Source of the DNA: Candidatus Woesearchaeota archaeon
GTDB lineage: Archaea > Nanobdellota > Nanobdellia > Woesearchaeales > ARS49
Assembly: GCA_038891615.1 (NCBI GenBank)
Contig: JAWADY010000001.1
Span: forward strand, 227,151 to 291,150
Length of the DNA: 64,000 nt
Direction of reading: 5' to 3'
The notes below the pieces were generated by a model, which was not told where the DNA came from, searched no databases, and saw only the letters and a list, made by a program, of their open reading frames with translations. The position numbers and the translations under genes are program-made. Positions 38,928 to 49,118 of the stretch are shown piece by piece. Numbering within the stretch: the first letter of the stretch is position 1; each line of letters starts with the position of its first letter.

Positions 38928-39877
38928 GCCTCACCACGATAAAAGGCAGCAGCTTGTTCAGGCGAGACTGTATTTATGACAGAATCTGTGCAAAGCTCAA
39001 AACCTCCCCATATTGAAATTCGAGGAGCAATTTCTATATGAAAGTGGAGGTCTTCACCAAAGGGTGCCTGATGAAAGAAAAAGTTATATGATACGTCTAG
39101 GCTGGATAGCTTTGTAAGGGTCAGTTTAAGCAGGCTCGCAAGGTCTTCAAGAGAGTGCGCTTCAAGACTGGTAACATGTTTTTTTGGGAATAACCACACT
39201 TCGTAGTTGTAGCGCGAGGCATATGGCGTGAATGCAACCCATTCCTTGTTTTCAAAGCACCTGCGAAGGGAGTGCTTCTCAATCTCCACTATTTCGCAAT
39301 AAGGGCAGTTTATGAACTTTCTTGATGCTTCAAGCTCTGCTTCAATGAGCGTCGGTACAAAAGGCATTGCTATGAGCTGAGTATGGGAATGTATGATTGA
39401 GGTCCCCCCACGGACACCATGATTCTTGAACAACCCGACAAACTTTATATTTGGGTCTGTCCTAAAAGCAGCAATCCTATCGCAATAAACCTTTAGAAGT
39501 TCGCTGATGTCTTGAACAGAGAGCTGTGCGAATTGTTTTTCATGGTCAGCCGTGTCAACAATTATTTCATGCCTTCCATAGTTTGGTGCAAAAGTGAAAT
39601 ATTTGTTGGCTGTTGTGAAAGGAGCTGGTTTGGTTTCCTTTCTAAGCGCAGGGAATTTATTTTCGAACCAACGAATCTTCCAGCCTGTTGGACCGCCAGC
39701 AATCCTGCCAATCTCAGGAGGTGTTAGGTCTTCATTGCCAGGACAAAAGAAACACCTTTCTTCGACAATTAGTGGCTTTTCAATGAATTCTGTCGGCCTT
39801 TTTCCACGACGAGGCGAAATGATGACATACCTTTTGAGAAGGTAGTCTTTTCTAATCTCTTCGCCCTCAAAAGCCAC
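38924..39877 (-). CDS. galT: GalT-family sugar-1-phosphate nucleotidyltransferase
   Basis: RGKRP, CFFCPGNE, NKFP, GTSIIHSHTQ, GGFE. Confidence 0.88.
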   Translation of the reverse strand: MAFEGEEIRKDYLLKRYVIISPRRGKRPTEFIEKPLIVEERCFFCPGNEDLTPPEIGRIAGGPTGWKIRWFENKFPALRKETKPAPFTTANKYFTFAPNYGRHEIIVDTADHEKQFAQLSVQDISELLKVYCDRIAAFRTDPNIKFVGLFKNHGVRGGTSIIHSHTQLIAMPFVPTLIEAELEASRKFINCPYCEIVEIEKHSLRRCFENKEWVAFTPYASRYNYEVWLFPKKHVTSLEAHSLEDLASLLKLTLTKLSSLDVSYNFFFHQAPFGEDLHFHIEIAPRISIWGGFELCTDSVINTVSPEQAAAFYRGEA

Positions 39878-39933
39878 CTTTTCACCTCTTTTAGGGGAAA
39901 AGGAACCTATAACTTAATAAAGCTTTTTGACTC

Positions 39934-40011
39934 CTAACAACATCCTTCACACTTATGTCCAGGAGTAAGCTCAGCTCCGCAGTAAGGACATTTTTTTGAT
40001 TTTTTAGCCAT
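39934..40011 (-). CDS. 25-aa CPxCG zinc-finger microprotein (not in the ORF track)
   Basis: GAGGTGA 4 nt before the ATG; MAKKSKKCPYCGAELTPGHKCEGCC*. Confidence 0.65.
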   Translation of the reverse strand: MAKKSKKCPYCGAELTPGHKCEGCC

Positions 40012-40132
40012 CAAATCACCTCAGTCTGGAGCTGTATCTCTGGCTTTTAAAACTTGTGAATTGCCAAACGCTAAGCAAGAAGTGACTTCAAAGACCATAA
40101 CTTTTTTAAAGAGTCCTTTTTATGCCCAAAGC

Positions 40133-40750
40133 ATGTCAATGTACGAGCAAATTGTCAATGCTTGGAAAAGAAGGGATGAAATTCCTGAACTGAAAAAGGT
40201 GTGGCGAGAACGCCTTCTTAAGTGGAGGGGTGAGCCAGCAACACTCAGGCTTGAAAGGCCCACAAGACTTGATAGAGCAAGAGCTCTTGGTTATGTTCCA
40301 AAGCCAGGAGTTTTTGTTGTCAGGCAGCGTGTAGGTGCAGGACCTCACAAGAGACCTGATTGGTCAGGCGGAAGAAAGTCAAAAAACATGCGAAGGACAA
40401 AGATCCTGCAAAAGAACTATCGTGCAATAGCCGAGGAGCGCGCAGCCAGGATGTTCAAGAATTGTGAAGTCATAAACTCATATTTTGTGGCAAAGGATGG
40501 CCACGATTATTGGTTTGAGGTGATTCTTGTTGACAGGACTTCTCCGGCAGTTCTTTCTGACAAAAGGCTTTCGTGGCTTGCAAACCCTGCCAACAGGGGA
40601 AGGGCTTTCAGAGGGCTAACATCTGCGGGCAAGGTTTACCGCGGCCTTAGATGGAAAGGAAAGGGTTCTGAGAAAGCCAGACCAAGCAGGCGTGCAAATG
40701 CAAGTAGAAAGCTGAAGGAGAACAACAAACAAAGGGTGAAAGAAAAGTAA
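40133..40750 (+). CDS. rpl15e: Ribosomal protein eL15
   Basis: RPTRLDRARALGY, IAEERA, NSYFV, WFEVILVD, FRGLTSAG. Confidence 0.95.
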   Translation: MSMYEQIVNAWKRRDEIPELKKVWRERLLKWRGEPATLRLERPTRLDRARALGYVPKPGVFVVRQRVGAGPHKRPDWSGGRKSKNMRRTKILQKNYRAIAEERAARMFKNCEVINSYFVAKDGHDYWFEVILVDRTSPAVLSDKRLSWLANPANRGRAFRGLTSAGKVYRGLRWKGKGSEKARPSRRANASRKLKENNKQRVKEK

Positions 40751-40770
40751 ATGAGCAAGAGGTGGTAGGT

Positions 40771-40962
40771 TTGGCAAAGAAAAAGAAAACAGAAGAGGAA
40801 ATTGAACAAAAAGAAGAACTTTCCGAGGAACCAACGGAAGAAGAGTTTTCTGAAGAAGAAGGTGATGAAGAAGGTTTTGAGGAAGACGAATGGGATGAAG
40901 AAGAAGAAAAATTTGAGGAAGAGGAGGGTGATACTTTTTCTGACGAAGAGGAAGGTTGGTAG
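40771..40962 (+). CDS. Small highly acidic protein
   Basis: GAGGTGG RBS before TTG; KKKK followed by a long E/D tract. Confidence 0.65.
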   Translation: MAKKKKTEEEIEQKEELSEEPTEEEFSEEEGDEEGFEEDEWDEEEEKFEEEEGDTFSDEEEGW

Positions 40963-41121
40963 CCGTTGATTGCAGTATTTGATGACTCTTTTATTTTTGT
41001 TTTGACTACTCTCCTTTTTCTAAGGAAAATTTATATAATCTGTAATATAGATTGAGATAGCTTATGAGCCGCAGTTTATAAGCGGCTTATGAATACATCT
41101 AAACCTGTGGGGGCAGGCATT

Positions 41122-43608
41122 ATGGTAAAAATAAGATTTCACCTTTATGACATCAGCTACAAAATAATTGATGGAAAGCCACAAATTCATTTATATGGCA
41201 GGAGTTTGGAGGGTCAGCCGATTTGTGTGATTGACGAAAGCTTTCTGCCATATTTTTATGTTGTCCCTAAAGAAGGGGCTAACTTCAGTAACATAAGGCA
41301 AGCACTCGAAGAACTCAGCCTTTCTAAAGGCGGAGAAGAGTTCTTTGTTAAACATGTCGAAGAAACAAAGAAGAAAATTTTGAAAGAGGAAGTTAATGCA
41401 TTTAAGGTTTTTGTTAATGTTCCAGCGGCAGTTCCCGAGCTTCGAGAAGTGGTTGAAAGGGCTGGTAGTGCAACAACATATGAATTTGACATCCCTTTTG
41501 TTAGGAGATACCTCATAGACAAGGAGTTAACTCCGCTTGCGGTTTTGGAAGCAGAGGTGGAATCGGTGACAGAGCGGCTAACAGTCCCATGCTTCAAGGC
41601 ATCAAAAATAATTCAGCTTTCAGACGATGTCCCAAAAAAGCCAAAGATTCTTGCAATTGACATAGAAACATACAATCCGCAAGGAAAAATGTTGTTACCT
41701 GAAGAGCATCCAATTCTTATGGCGGCTCTTTATAGCGAAGACTTTCAAAAGGTCATAACATGGAAGAGCTTCAAAACGAACAATTCATCAATAGAGTTTG
41801 TGCGTAGCGAAGCTGAACTGATTGAACGATTGAAGATGGAACTTAGGGACCAAACTCCAGACATAATAGTAGGATATTTCTCAGATGGATTTGATTGGCC
41901 TTACCTCAAGCAGCGTGCTGCGAAATATAAAATAAAGCTAGACCTAGGACTGGACCGTAGTGAGCTTCAAATTACAGGAAGGGAGGTCAAAACAGCACAA
42001 CTTACTGGCATTGTACACATTGATATTTTTAAGTTCATACGTACTACAGCAGAGCGCGATGCAGAAAGTTCTTCATTTGATTTGAACAGCATTGCACTAA
42101 GATTCCTTGGAAAAAAGAAGGAAGAAGTGGACATTGCGGAACTTGCAAGCGTTTGGGATAGTGCAAATGAAAATCAAAAGTCCTCACAACAACTTGAACG
42201 CTTCTGCGAATACAACCTCAAGGACGCCATGCTTACATACGAACTTTGCACAAAGTTCTTTCCAAATATGGTTGAGCTTGTCAAGCTTGTTGGTCTACCA
42301 CTGTTTGATGTGACCCGAATGTCATTCTCACAGCTCGTGGAATGGTACGCAATAAGACAGGCTAAACATTTCAATAGCATATGCCCGAACAAGCCTGACA
42401 GTCGCACGCGAAAAATAAGAGCAGCTTCAAGCATAAAGGGAGCGTTTGTTTTTGAACCAAAGCCAGGCCTGTATGAGAACGTTGTAGTATTTGATTTTAG
42501 GAGTCTTTATCCTACAATAATATCCTCGCACAACATCTCGCCTGAAACCCTGAACTGTGAATGCTGTGAGGGGGAAGGTCTTACAGTTCCCTCAGAAGCC
42601 GGAGATCCAAAAAAATACTTTTGTCAAAAGCGCAAGGGCTTTGTGTCAACAATCATTGAAGATCTGATTACAAGGCGAGCAAGAATTAAGGAGATTCTAA
42701 AATCAGGTAAGGCAGATCCTTTTCTTGCAGCACGCAGCAATGCGCTAAAAGTCCTTGCAAACGCATTTTATGGCTATCTTGGTTTTGCAGCTGCAAGGTG
42801 GTACTCAATCGAATGTGCAGAAAGCACAACAGCATGGGGAAGGTACTATATAAAGACAGTGATATCAGCTGCGCAATCAAATGGCTACACAGTGTTATAT
42901 GCCGATACAGATTCGATATTTCTTCTCCTAAATAACAAAAGCGTTGAGGATGTGATGAGATTTGCAGAAGGGATAAACAGGAGACTTCCATCGCTCATGG
43001 AGCTTGAACTTGAAAATGTTTATTCACGAGTCATTTTTGTTCAGACAAAGCAAAATGAAGCTGGTGCAAAAAAGAAGTATGCAGCAATTGATGGCTCTGG
43101 AAGAATAAAAATAAGAGGTTTTGAGACGGTGCGGAGGAATACCTCTCCAATCTCCAGGAAAACCCAGCGTGAGGTATTGGAATACATCTTGAAAGAAAAT
43201 GCACCAGAAAAGGTAATAAGTCATGTGAAGGAAGTGATTGAGAAGCTGAGGACAAACAAAATTCCTTTAAGTGATGTTATAATTCAAACACAACTACAAC
43301 AAGAGCTTGGAAGATATGCAGCAATAGGTCCACATGTTATGGCTGCACAAAAGCTGCGTGCAAAAGGGCTCGAGGCAAAGCCTGGGACATTGATTTCATT
43401 CGTTATTGCAAAAGGTCCAGGAAGGATAAGAGACAAGGTGCGCCTTCCTGACGAAGTGAGTCAAGAAGATTACGACGGGGAGTATTATGTTAACAACCAG
43501 ATAATTCCTTCAGTCGACAGGATATTGGCTGTGCTTGGATATAGCCTTGATGGGGCAACTATAAGCCAATCTAAGCAAAGCGAACTCTCTAGCTTTCTTC
43601 AAAAATAA
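41122..43608 (+). CDS. polB: Family B DNA polymerase
   Basis: DIET and FDW exonuclease motifs; DFRSLYP, KVLANAFYGY, YADTDS, KKKY. Confidence 0.96.
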   Translation: MVKIRFHLYDISYKIIDGKPQIHLYGRSLEGQPICVIDESFLPYFYVVPKEGANFSNIRQALEELSLSKGGEEFFVKHVEETKKKILKEEVNAFKVFVNVPAAVPELREVVERAGSATTYEFDIPFVRRYLIDKELTPLAVLEAEVESVTERLTVPCFKASKIIQLSDDVPKKPKILAIDIETYNPQGKMLLPEEHPILMAALYSEDFQKVITWKSFKTNNSSIEFVRSEAELIERLKMELRDQTPDIIVGYFSDGFDWPYLKQRAAKYKIKLDLGLDRSELQITGREVKTAQLTGIVHIDIFKFIRTTAERDAESSSFDLNSIALRFLGKKKEEVDIAELASVWDSANENQKSSQQLERFCEYNLKDAMLTYELCTKFFPNMVELVKLVGLPLFDVTRMSFSQLVEWYAIRQAKHFNSICPNKPDSRTRKIRAASSIKGAFVFEPKPGLYENVVVFDFRSLYPTIISSHNISPETLNCECCEGEGLTVPSEAGDPKKYFCQKRKGFVSTIIEDLITRRARIKEILKSGKADPFLAARSNALKVLANAFYGYLGFAAARWYSIECAESTTAWGRYYIKTVISAAQSNGYTVLYADTDSIFLLLNNKSVEDVMRFAEGINRRLPSLMELELENVYSRVIFVQTKQNEAGAKKKYAAIDGSGRIKIRGFETVRRNTSPISRKTQREVLEYILKENAPEKVISHVKEVIEKLRTNKIPLSDVIIQTQLQQELGRYAAIGPHVMAAQKLRAKGLEAKPGTLISFVIAKGPGRIRDKVRLPDEVSQEDYDGEYYVNNQIIPSVDRILAVLGYSLDGATISQSKQSELSSFLQK

Positions 43609-43722
43609 GCCCTTTGTACATAAAATCGATAACCGAGTCTATGTAGCAAAAAAGGTAAAACACTTCTTGCTGTAACTAAAGCCATTGCATAAGAAACTTT
43701 TTTAAACAAGCCAAGAAAGTGA

Positions 43723-46716
43723 ATGCACATGCAAATACAGCCAATCTACGACTTCAAGAAAGCAGAGGAAGAAATCCTTTCGTTTTGGGAAAATAGGGGG
43801 ATTTACGAAAAGGTCAAAGCAGCTGCGAGGGAGAGGGCTGTCGCGGCAGGAAGGAAGCCGTTCTATTTTCTCCAAGGGCCCCCATACACCTCAGGCAGGT
43901 TGCATATCGGCCATGCGTGGAACAACTCGCTTAAGGACATCATACTTCGATTCAAGAGGGCGTGTGGCTTTGATGTGTGGGACAGGGCTGGCTATGACAT
44001 GCATGGCTTGCCGACAGAAAATGCTGTGCAGAAAAAGCTTGGATTGAAAACAAAAGAAGATATAGAAAAGTACGGAATTGATAGATTTATCAGAGAATGC
44101 ATAGCATTTTCAACAGAGAATGCTCAGCTGATGAACAAGGACTTATGGAGGCTAGGAGTCTGGCTCGATTACAAGAACGCCTACTTACCAATAAAAAACC
44201 AATTCATGGAAGGAGAATGGTGGCTAATAAAGAAAGCGTGGGAGAAAAAAAGACTTTACAAAGGAATAAAAGTGATGACTTGGTGCGCAAGCTGTGAGAC
44301 TTCGCTTGCAAAGCATGAGCTTGAATACGAAACAATCAAGGACAGCTCATACTTCATAAAACTAAGGCTTGTAGGAAAACCAAAGGAATTCTTAATAATC
44401 TGGACAACAACACCATGGACTATTCCCTTTAATCTGGCGGTTATGGTCAACCCGGATATTGAATATGTCAGAGCAAAAGTTGGCGATGAGGTTTGGATTG
44501 TAGCAAAGGCACTTGTTGGAGCATTTGTTCAGGGCCTGCTCGGAAAGAGTTTTGAAGTTGTTGAAACGGTCAAAGGCGAACAGCTTGAAGGCTTAAAATA
44601 CCAACATCCTTTTTATGAAGAAATTCCTTATTTCAAGGAGCTTGAAGAAGCAAAAGCTGGGAAAGCTTTACACACCATTGTTCTAAGCACAGAATATGTT
44701 GATGTGGGCGCCGGCACTGGACTTGTTCACTGCGCTCCTGGTTGCGGTCCAGAGGATTTTGAGATAGGCCAAAGAAACAACCTTCCACCTTTCAACAGGA
44801 TTGACGAAAAAGGCGTCTTTCACCAAATGGGAAGGTTTGATGGACTTGTTGCGAGAAAGGATGACAAGCTTTTTGTTGAAGCGCTGAAAGAAAAGGGTGC
44901 AATAGTCGCAGAAAGCCCTATTGAGCATGAATATCCCCATTGCTGGCGCTGTCACAATCCTGTCGTTTTTAGACCAACAGAACAATGGTTTTTGCACATA
45001 GAAGACCTAAAGAATGCCCTGCTGCGCGCAAACAATGAAGTTAGATGGATTCCACCAAGGTTTAAGGAGCTTTTTGAAAAATGGATTCTGAGTCTGAAAG
45101 ATAACTCAATCACACGACAACGTTATTGGGGCACTCCTGTACCTATATGGGAATGCAACAGCTGTGCTGCAATCAGCGTCATTGGAAGCATCAGCGAACT
45201 AAGAGAAAGAGCTACTGATGAGCTTCCAAAAGACCTTCACAGGCCATGGATTGATGGCGTTCTGCTAAAGTGCAACCATTGTAATAGCTTAATGAAGAGA
45301 ATTCCAGATGTTATCGATGTGTGGATAGACGCTGGCACAACAAGCTGGAATTCTCTTGACTATCCAGCCAATGTCCAGCTGTTTGAAAGACTATTCCCTG
45401 CAGACTTAATAATCGAAGCCAGCGAACAGGTCCGCCTCTGGTTCAGCATGCTGCAGATATGCTCTCTTGTGGGATTAGAAAGAAGTTGCTACAATAATGT
45501 CTATGTTCATGGCATGATTCTTGACTGGCAGGGAATGAAGATGTCCAAAAGCTTAGGAAACATAATCTCACCTTACGAGGTTGTGGAAAGGCTTGGCGTT
45601 GATGTGCTGCGCTATTACATGTGCAGTACCCCAGCAGGTGAAAACATCAATTTCAAATGGGAGGAAGCAAAGCAAAAACAAAGGAATCTAACAGTTCTTT
45701 GGAACATATCAAATTGGCTTTTAGGACTTGCAAAGGAGCTTGGAGAAAATCCATCAAAATTCGATGAAAAAAAGCTAAGTGAGCTTGAGAAAAGGCGTGG
45801 GATAGAAGAAAAGTACATACTTTCAAAACTTAACTCAACAATAGGTACCGTAACAGAGCTTCTCGAAGGATACGAAATAGACAGGGCAATTGAGCCCCTC
45901 GAACGCCTATTCCTAGAACTGAGTAGGACTTACATACAGCTTGTTAGAGACAAAGCTGCTATTGGAGAGGCAGAAGAACGAAGCCTTGTTCTGTGGACTG
46001 TCTACAAAGTTCTCATTGAATGCCTCAAGATGTTTGCAATTGTTGCTCCGTTTATCTCTGAAAAAATTTATCAGAATATAAAGCAGGCTTTTCTGCTGAA
46101 TATAGAAAGTATTCATCTTTTTGAGTGGCCAAAATGTGATGACCGGCTTGTTGATGAAAAACTAGAAGAGAGAATTGCTGCTGCTCAATCCCTCATCTCA
46201 GCCATAATGGCTGCGCGTGAAAAGGCAGGATTAGGGATTAGATGGCCGGTTTCAGAGGTGGCCATTGTGACAGATAATCGCAGGCTTATTGATACAGTGA
46301 AAGAGCTTACAGAGCTTGTCAAAACTCAGACAAACGTAAAAGAAATAAAAATTTCAAAAATCCAACCTACCACTGAAAGGTATGTCAAAGTTGAAATGAA
46401 AGATGGCAAAGTATTTCTTAATAAAGAACTAACCCCTGAGCTTGAGGCAGAGGGTTTTGCTCGTGAGTTGATACGAAAGATACAAGCGATGAGAAAGAAG
46501 GCTGGGCTTGAGAAATCAAATAGGATTGAACTTTCTGTTGCGACGGATGCAAAAGCTGTTGAGATGCTCAGAGATTGGAAAGATAAGATAAGTGCAAAGG
46601 TTGGAGCTGAGAAATTTGAGATAACAACCGTCAAGCCTAAAAAGGAGTTTAGCCAGATGAGCAAAGAAAGGATAAAAGACAAAGAAATACTCATTGCTTT
46701 TGATGTATTGAGGTGA
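43723..46716 (+). CDS. ileS: Isoleucyl-tRNA synthetase
   Basis: GPPY..G.LHIGH, WTTTPWT, GTGLVH.APG, RQRYWG, KMSKS. Confidence 0.95.
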   Translation: MHMQIQPIYDFKKAEEEILSFWENRGIYEKVKAAARERAVAAGRKPFYFLQGPPYTSGRLHIGHAWNNSLKDIILRFKRACGFDVWDRAGYDMHGLPTENAVQKKLGLKTKEDIEKYGIDRFIRECIAFSTENAQLMNKDLWRLGVWLDYKNAYLPIKNQFMEGEWWLIKKAWEKKRLYKGIKVMTWCASCETSLAKHELEYETIKDSSYFIKLRLVGKPKEFLIIWTTTPWTIPFNLAVMVNPDIEYVRAKVGDEVWIVAKALVGAFVQGLLGKSFEVVETVKGEQLEGLKYQHPFYEEIPYFKELEEAKAGKALHTIVLSTEYVDVGAGTGLVHCAPGCGPEDFEIGQRNNLPPFNRIDEKGVFHQMGRFDGLVARKDDKLFVEALKEKGAIVAESPIEHEYPHCWRCHNPVVFRPTEQWFLHIEDLKNALLRANNEVRWIPPRFKELFEKWILSLKDNSITRQRYWGTPVPIWECNSCAAISVIGSISELRERATDELPKDLHRPWIDGVLLKCNHCNSLMKRIPDVIDVWIDAGTTSWNSLDYPANVQLFERLFPADLIIEASEQVRLWFSMLQICSLVGLERSCYNNVYVHGMILDWQGMKMSKSLGNIISPYEVVERLGVDVLRYYMCSTPAGENINFKWEEAKQKQRNLTVLWNISNWLLGLAKELGENPSKFDEKKLSELEKRRGIEEKYILSKLNSTIGTVTELLEGYEIDRAIEPLERLFLELSRTYIQLVRDKAAIGEAEERSLVLWTVYKVLIECLKMFAIVAPFISEKIYQNIKQAFLLNIESIHLFEWPKCDDRLVDEKLEERIAAAQSLISAIMAAREKAGLGIRWPVSEVAIVTDNRRLIDTVKELTELVKTQTNVKEIKISKIQPTTERYVKVEMKDGKVFLNKELTPELEAEGFARELIRKIQAMRKKAGLEKSNRIELSVATDAKAVEMLRDWKDKISAKVGAEKFEITTVKPKKEFSQMSKERIKDKEILIAFDVLR

Positions 46717-46722
46717 GAAGCC

Positions 46723-47139
46723 ATGGCAAAACTCACAGAACCAACATCAATGGAAGGTCTTTTGTATTTTACAAGACGCTCAATAGGTAGAGGAAAAGTC
46801 GTTGCCTGGGTTAGGAAACAGCCCTGTCCAAAATGTGGCAAAGGACTCATGGGCAAGCCAACTTATGCCTCTGGAAAGGTAAAGATAAGAGCAAAGGAAT
46901 ATGTCTGTTCTTCATGCGGCCATAAGATTCCAAAAGAGACGTATGAACCTAGCCTTTTGGTTGAGATAAACTACGTCTGTCCACATTGCGGCAATGACTC
47001 TTCAACTACAACCCCATTCGAGAGGACAAATATAAGAATTTTTGATGAAGAAACTGGCAAATTCTCGAATGTGAAGACAATACGCTTTGCCTGCGAAAAA
47101 TGTGGGAAAACGATAGACATAACCAAGCAAATGAAGTAG
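46723..47139 (+). CDS. Multi-zinc-ribbon protein
   Basis: CPKC, CSSC, CPHC, CEKC. Confidence 0.75.
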   Translation: MAKLTEPTSMEGLLYFTRRSIGRGKVVAWVRKQPCPKCGKGLMGKPTYASGKVKIRAKEYVCSSCGHKIPKETYEPSLLVEINYVCPHCGNDSSTTTPFERTNIRIFDEETGKFSNVKTIRFACEKCGKTIDITKQMK

Positions 47140-47253
47140 GTAGTACCAAAAAATTTTTAAAGCATTCTTAATTCTACTTTTGGTGGAAGAGAAAAAGAAG
47201 GCGAGAAAAAAACTTTTTTCTCGAACGGGTTTTGCCCGACAAGCTAGATAACG

Positions 47254-47595
47254 ATGAAAATAAAAGCAATATTACCAACACTGAGGGAAAAGAAAAGATA
47301 TATAGCATTTAAATACAAAGCACAAAGAGAAGTGAATGAAGCTTCCTTAAAGACTGCAATAGCTTCTAGCCTACTTAGCCTTACAGGAACACTTGGTTGT
47401 GCTGCGGCTGGCCTGCTTTTTCCAAGGCCAAGGATAATTCGCGTTTCCCACAAAAGCGTTAATCAAGCAAAAGCGGCACTCGCGCTTGTAAAGGAAGTTG
47501 ATGGCAGTCATATAATCATAAAAAGCACAATCACAAGTGGCATTTTACAAAAGGCCGCAAAAGTGAATAAAGGAGGGAAAAATGGCAAAGGATGA
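47254..47595 (+). CDS. rnp2: RNase P protein Pop5/Rpp14
   Basis: LPTLREKKRYIAF, TSGI; canonical position before psmA. Confidence 0.88.
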   Translation: MKIKAILPTLREKKRYIAFKYKAQREVNEASLKTAIASSLLSLTGTLGCAAAGLLFPRPRIIRVSHKSVNQAKAALALVKEVDGSHIIIKSTITSGILQKAAKVNKGGKNGKG

Positions 47596-48337
47596 TGAAA
47601 TACCTGCAGGCCCTCATGCAATGATGGGCTATGACCGCGCAATTACAATGTTTAGTCCTGATGGAAGACTCCTTCAGGTCGAATATGCAAAAAAAACGGT
47701 TAGACAAGGAAGCACTGCCATTGGTCTTGTTTGCAAAGACGGCATTCTTTTCGTTGCAGATAAGAGGATTGTGGACAAGCTAGCCATCCCAGAGTCTGTT
47801 GAAAAGATAAGCCAGATTGATGACCATATTGGTGCAACCGCAGCAGGGATACTGTCAGACGCCCGTGTACTAATAGAGCGAGCACAGCTAAAGGCTCAAC
47901 AGCACAAGGTAACTTACGACACGCCTGTCGATACAATTGCAGTTGTCAAAGATATCTGCTCTTTGAAGCAGATAACTACCCAATCTGCTGGATTCAGACC
48001 ATTTGGTGTTTCTCTGCTAATCGGTGGGATAGACCTTGATGGTGTGCCAAGACTCTTTGAAACAGATCCTACAGGAATTTATTTTCAGTTCAAGGCAACA
48101 GTCATAGGCGAGGGAGAACCTGTGATTGAGGAAGTGCTAAACAAAGAATACAGCGAAGACCTCACAATTGAAGAAGGCTTAAGGCTTTGCTTGAGGGCAC
48201 TGTCAAGATTTCTTGAAAAGAATCTTGTTATTGAACAAATCGATGCAGCATACATAACAAAAACAGAGAGAAAATTCACAAAAGTAAAGCGTGAAAGGAT
48301 TGAAAAGATACTAAAAGAAATAAGGAAGGCTAAGTAA
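47582..48337 (+). CDS. psmA: Proteasome alpha subunit
   Basis: GYDRAITMFSPDGRLLQVEYA, RPFGVSLL. Confidence 0.97.
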   Translation: MAKDDEIPAGPHAMMGYDRAITMFSPDGRLLQVEYAKKTVRQGSTAIGLVCKDGILFVADKRIVDKLAIPESVEKISQIDDHIGATAAGILSDARVLIERAQLKAQQHKVTYDTPVDTIAVVKDICSLKQITTQSAGFRPFGVSLLIGGIDLDGVPRLFETDPTGIYFQFKATVIGEGEPVIEEVLNKEYSEDLTIEEGLRLCLRALSRFLEKNLVIEQIDAAYITKTERKFTKVKRERIEKILKEIRKAK

Positions 48338-48367
48338 GGCAGGACAAAAAAGTGATTGATTTAGTGA

Positions 48368-49096
48368 TTGATTAGCATGGGAGGCAGTGAGTCTAGGAAG
48401 AGACTGAATGTTGCAAGACTGAGAAAGGGAGGAGACTACTTTGAGGTTGTCATAAATCCAGAAGCAGCTCTAAGGCTCAAGCAGAAACGGGATGTAAGTC
48501 TTGATGAAGTTTCTGAAGCGGTTGTTTACCCGAAGATATTTTCTGATGCAAACAAAGGACTGCTTGCGCCTGAAAAAAGGCTAAAGGCGGTTTTTGGCAC
48601 AACAGACCCCCTACAAGTTTGTTTGAGTATAATTCGTGATGGAGAAATCCAGCTAACGCAGGAGCAGAGAGAAAAAGCACTTGAGGAAAAAAGGCGTAGG
48701 ATAATAGATCTCATACACACTAACGGCATTGACCCTCGAACAGGCTTGCCCCATCCAATCCAGCGGATTGAAGCTGCACTTGCACAGTCAAAGGTAAGAA
48801 TCAGCGAGAGCCTTCCAGCTGAAAGCCAGCTTCCAGAGATTTTGAAAAGCCTGCACAGAATTCTCCCAATTAAATTCATTACAAAACAGCTATTGCTTAC
48901 AATTCCAATTGCACATGCGGCAAAATGCAAGGCTCAAATCCTGCTTTTTGGCAGGATTGTAAAAGAGGAATGGACAAATGAAACCTGGAAACCTGTTGTC
49001 GAAATACCTGGGGGACTCGAACAGGAGCTCTATGAAAAGTTGAATTCAATTCTTCACGGTGCACTTGAATCACAAATAATTGCCTTAAAGGAATGA
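48368..49096 (+). CDS. Ribosome maturation factor SBDS/Sdo1
   Basis: IFSDANKG, FGTTD, GEIQLT, DPRTGLPHP. Confidence 0.93.
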   Translation: MISMGGSESRKRLNVARLRKGGDYFEVVINPEAALRLKQKRDVSLDEVSEAVVYPKIFSDANKGLLAPEKRLKAVFGTTDPLQVCLSIIRDGEIQLTQEQREKALEEKRRRIIDLIHTNGIDPRTGLPHPIQRIEAALAQSKVRISESLPAESQLPEILKSLHRILPIKFITKQLLLTIPIAHAAKCKAQILLFGRIVKEEWTNETWKPVVEIPGGLEQELYEKLNSILHGALESQIIALKE

Positions 49097-49118
49097 AGAT
49101 AGTGAAGGAGTAAATAAA

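Noticed and set aside
41122-43608. Inactivated PolB or intein in PolB
   Set aside because: Polymerase and exonuclease motifs are intact and the length is normal
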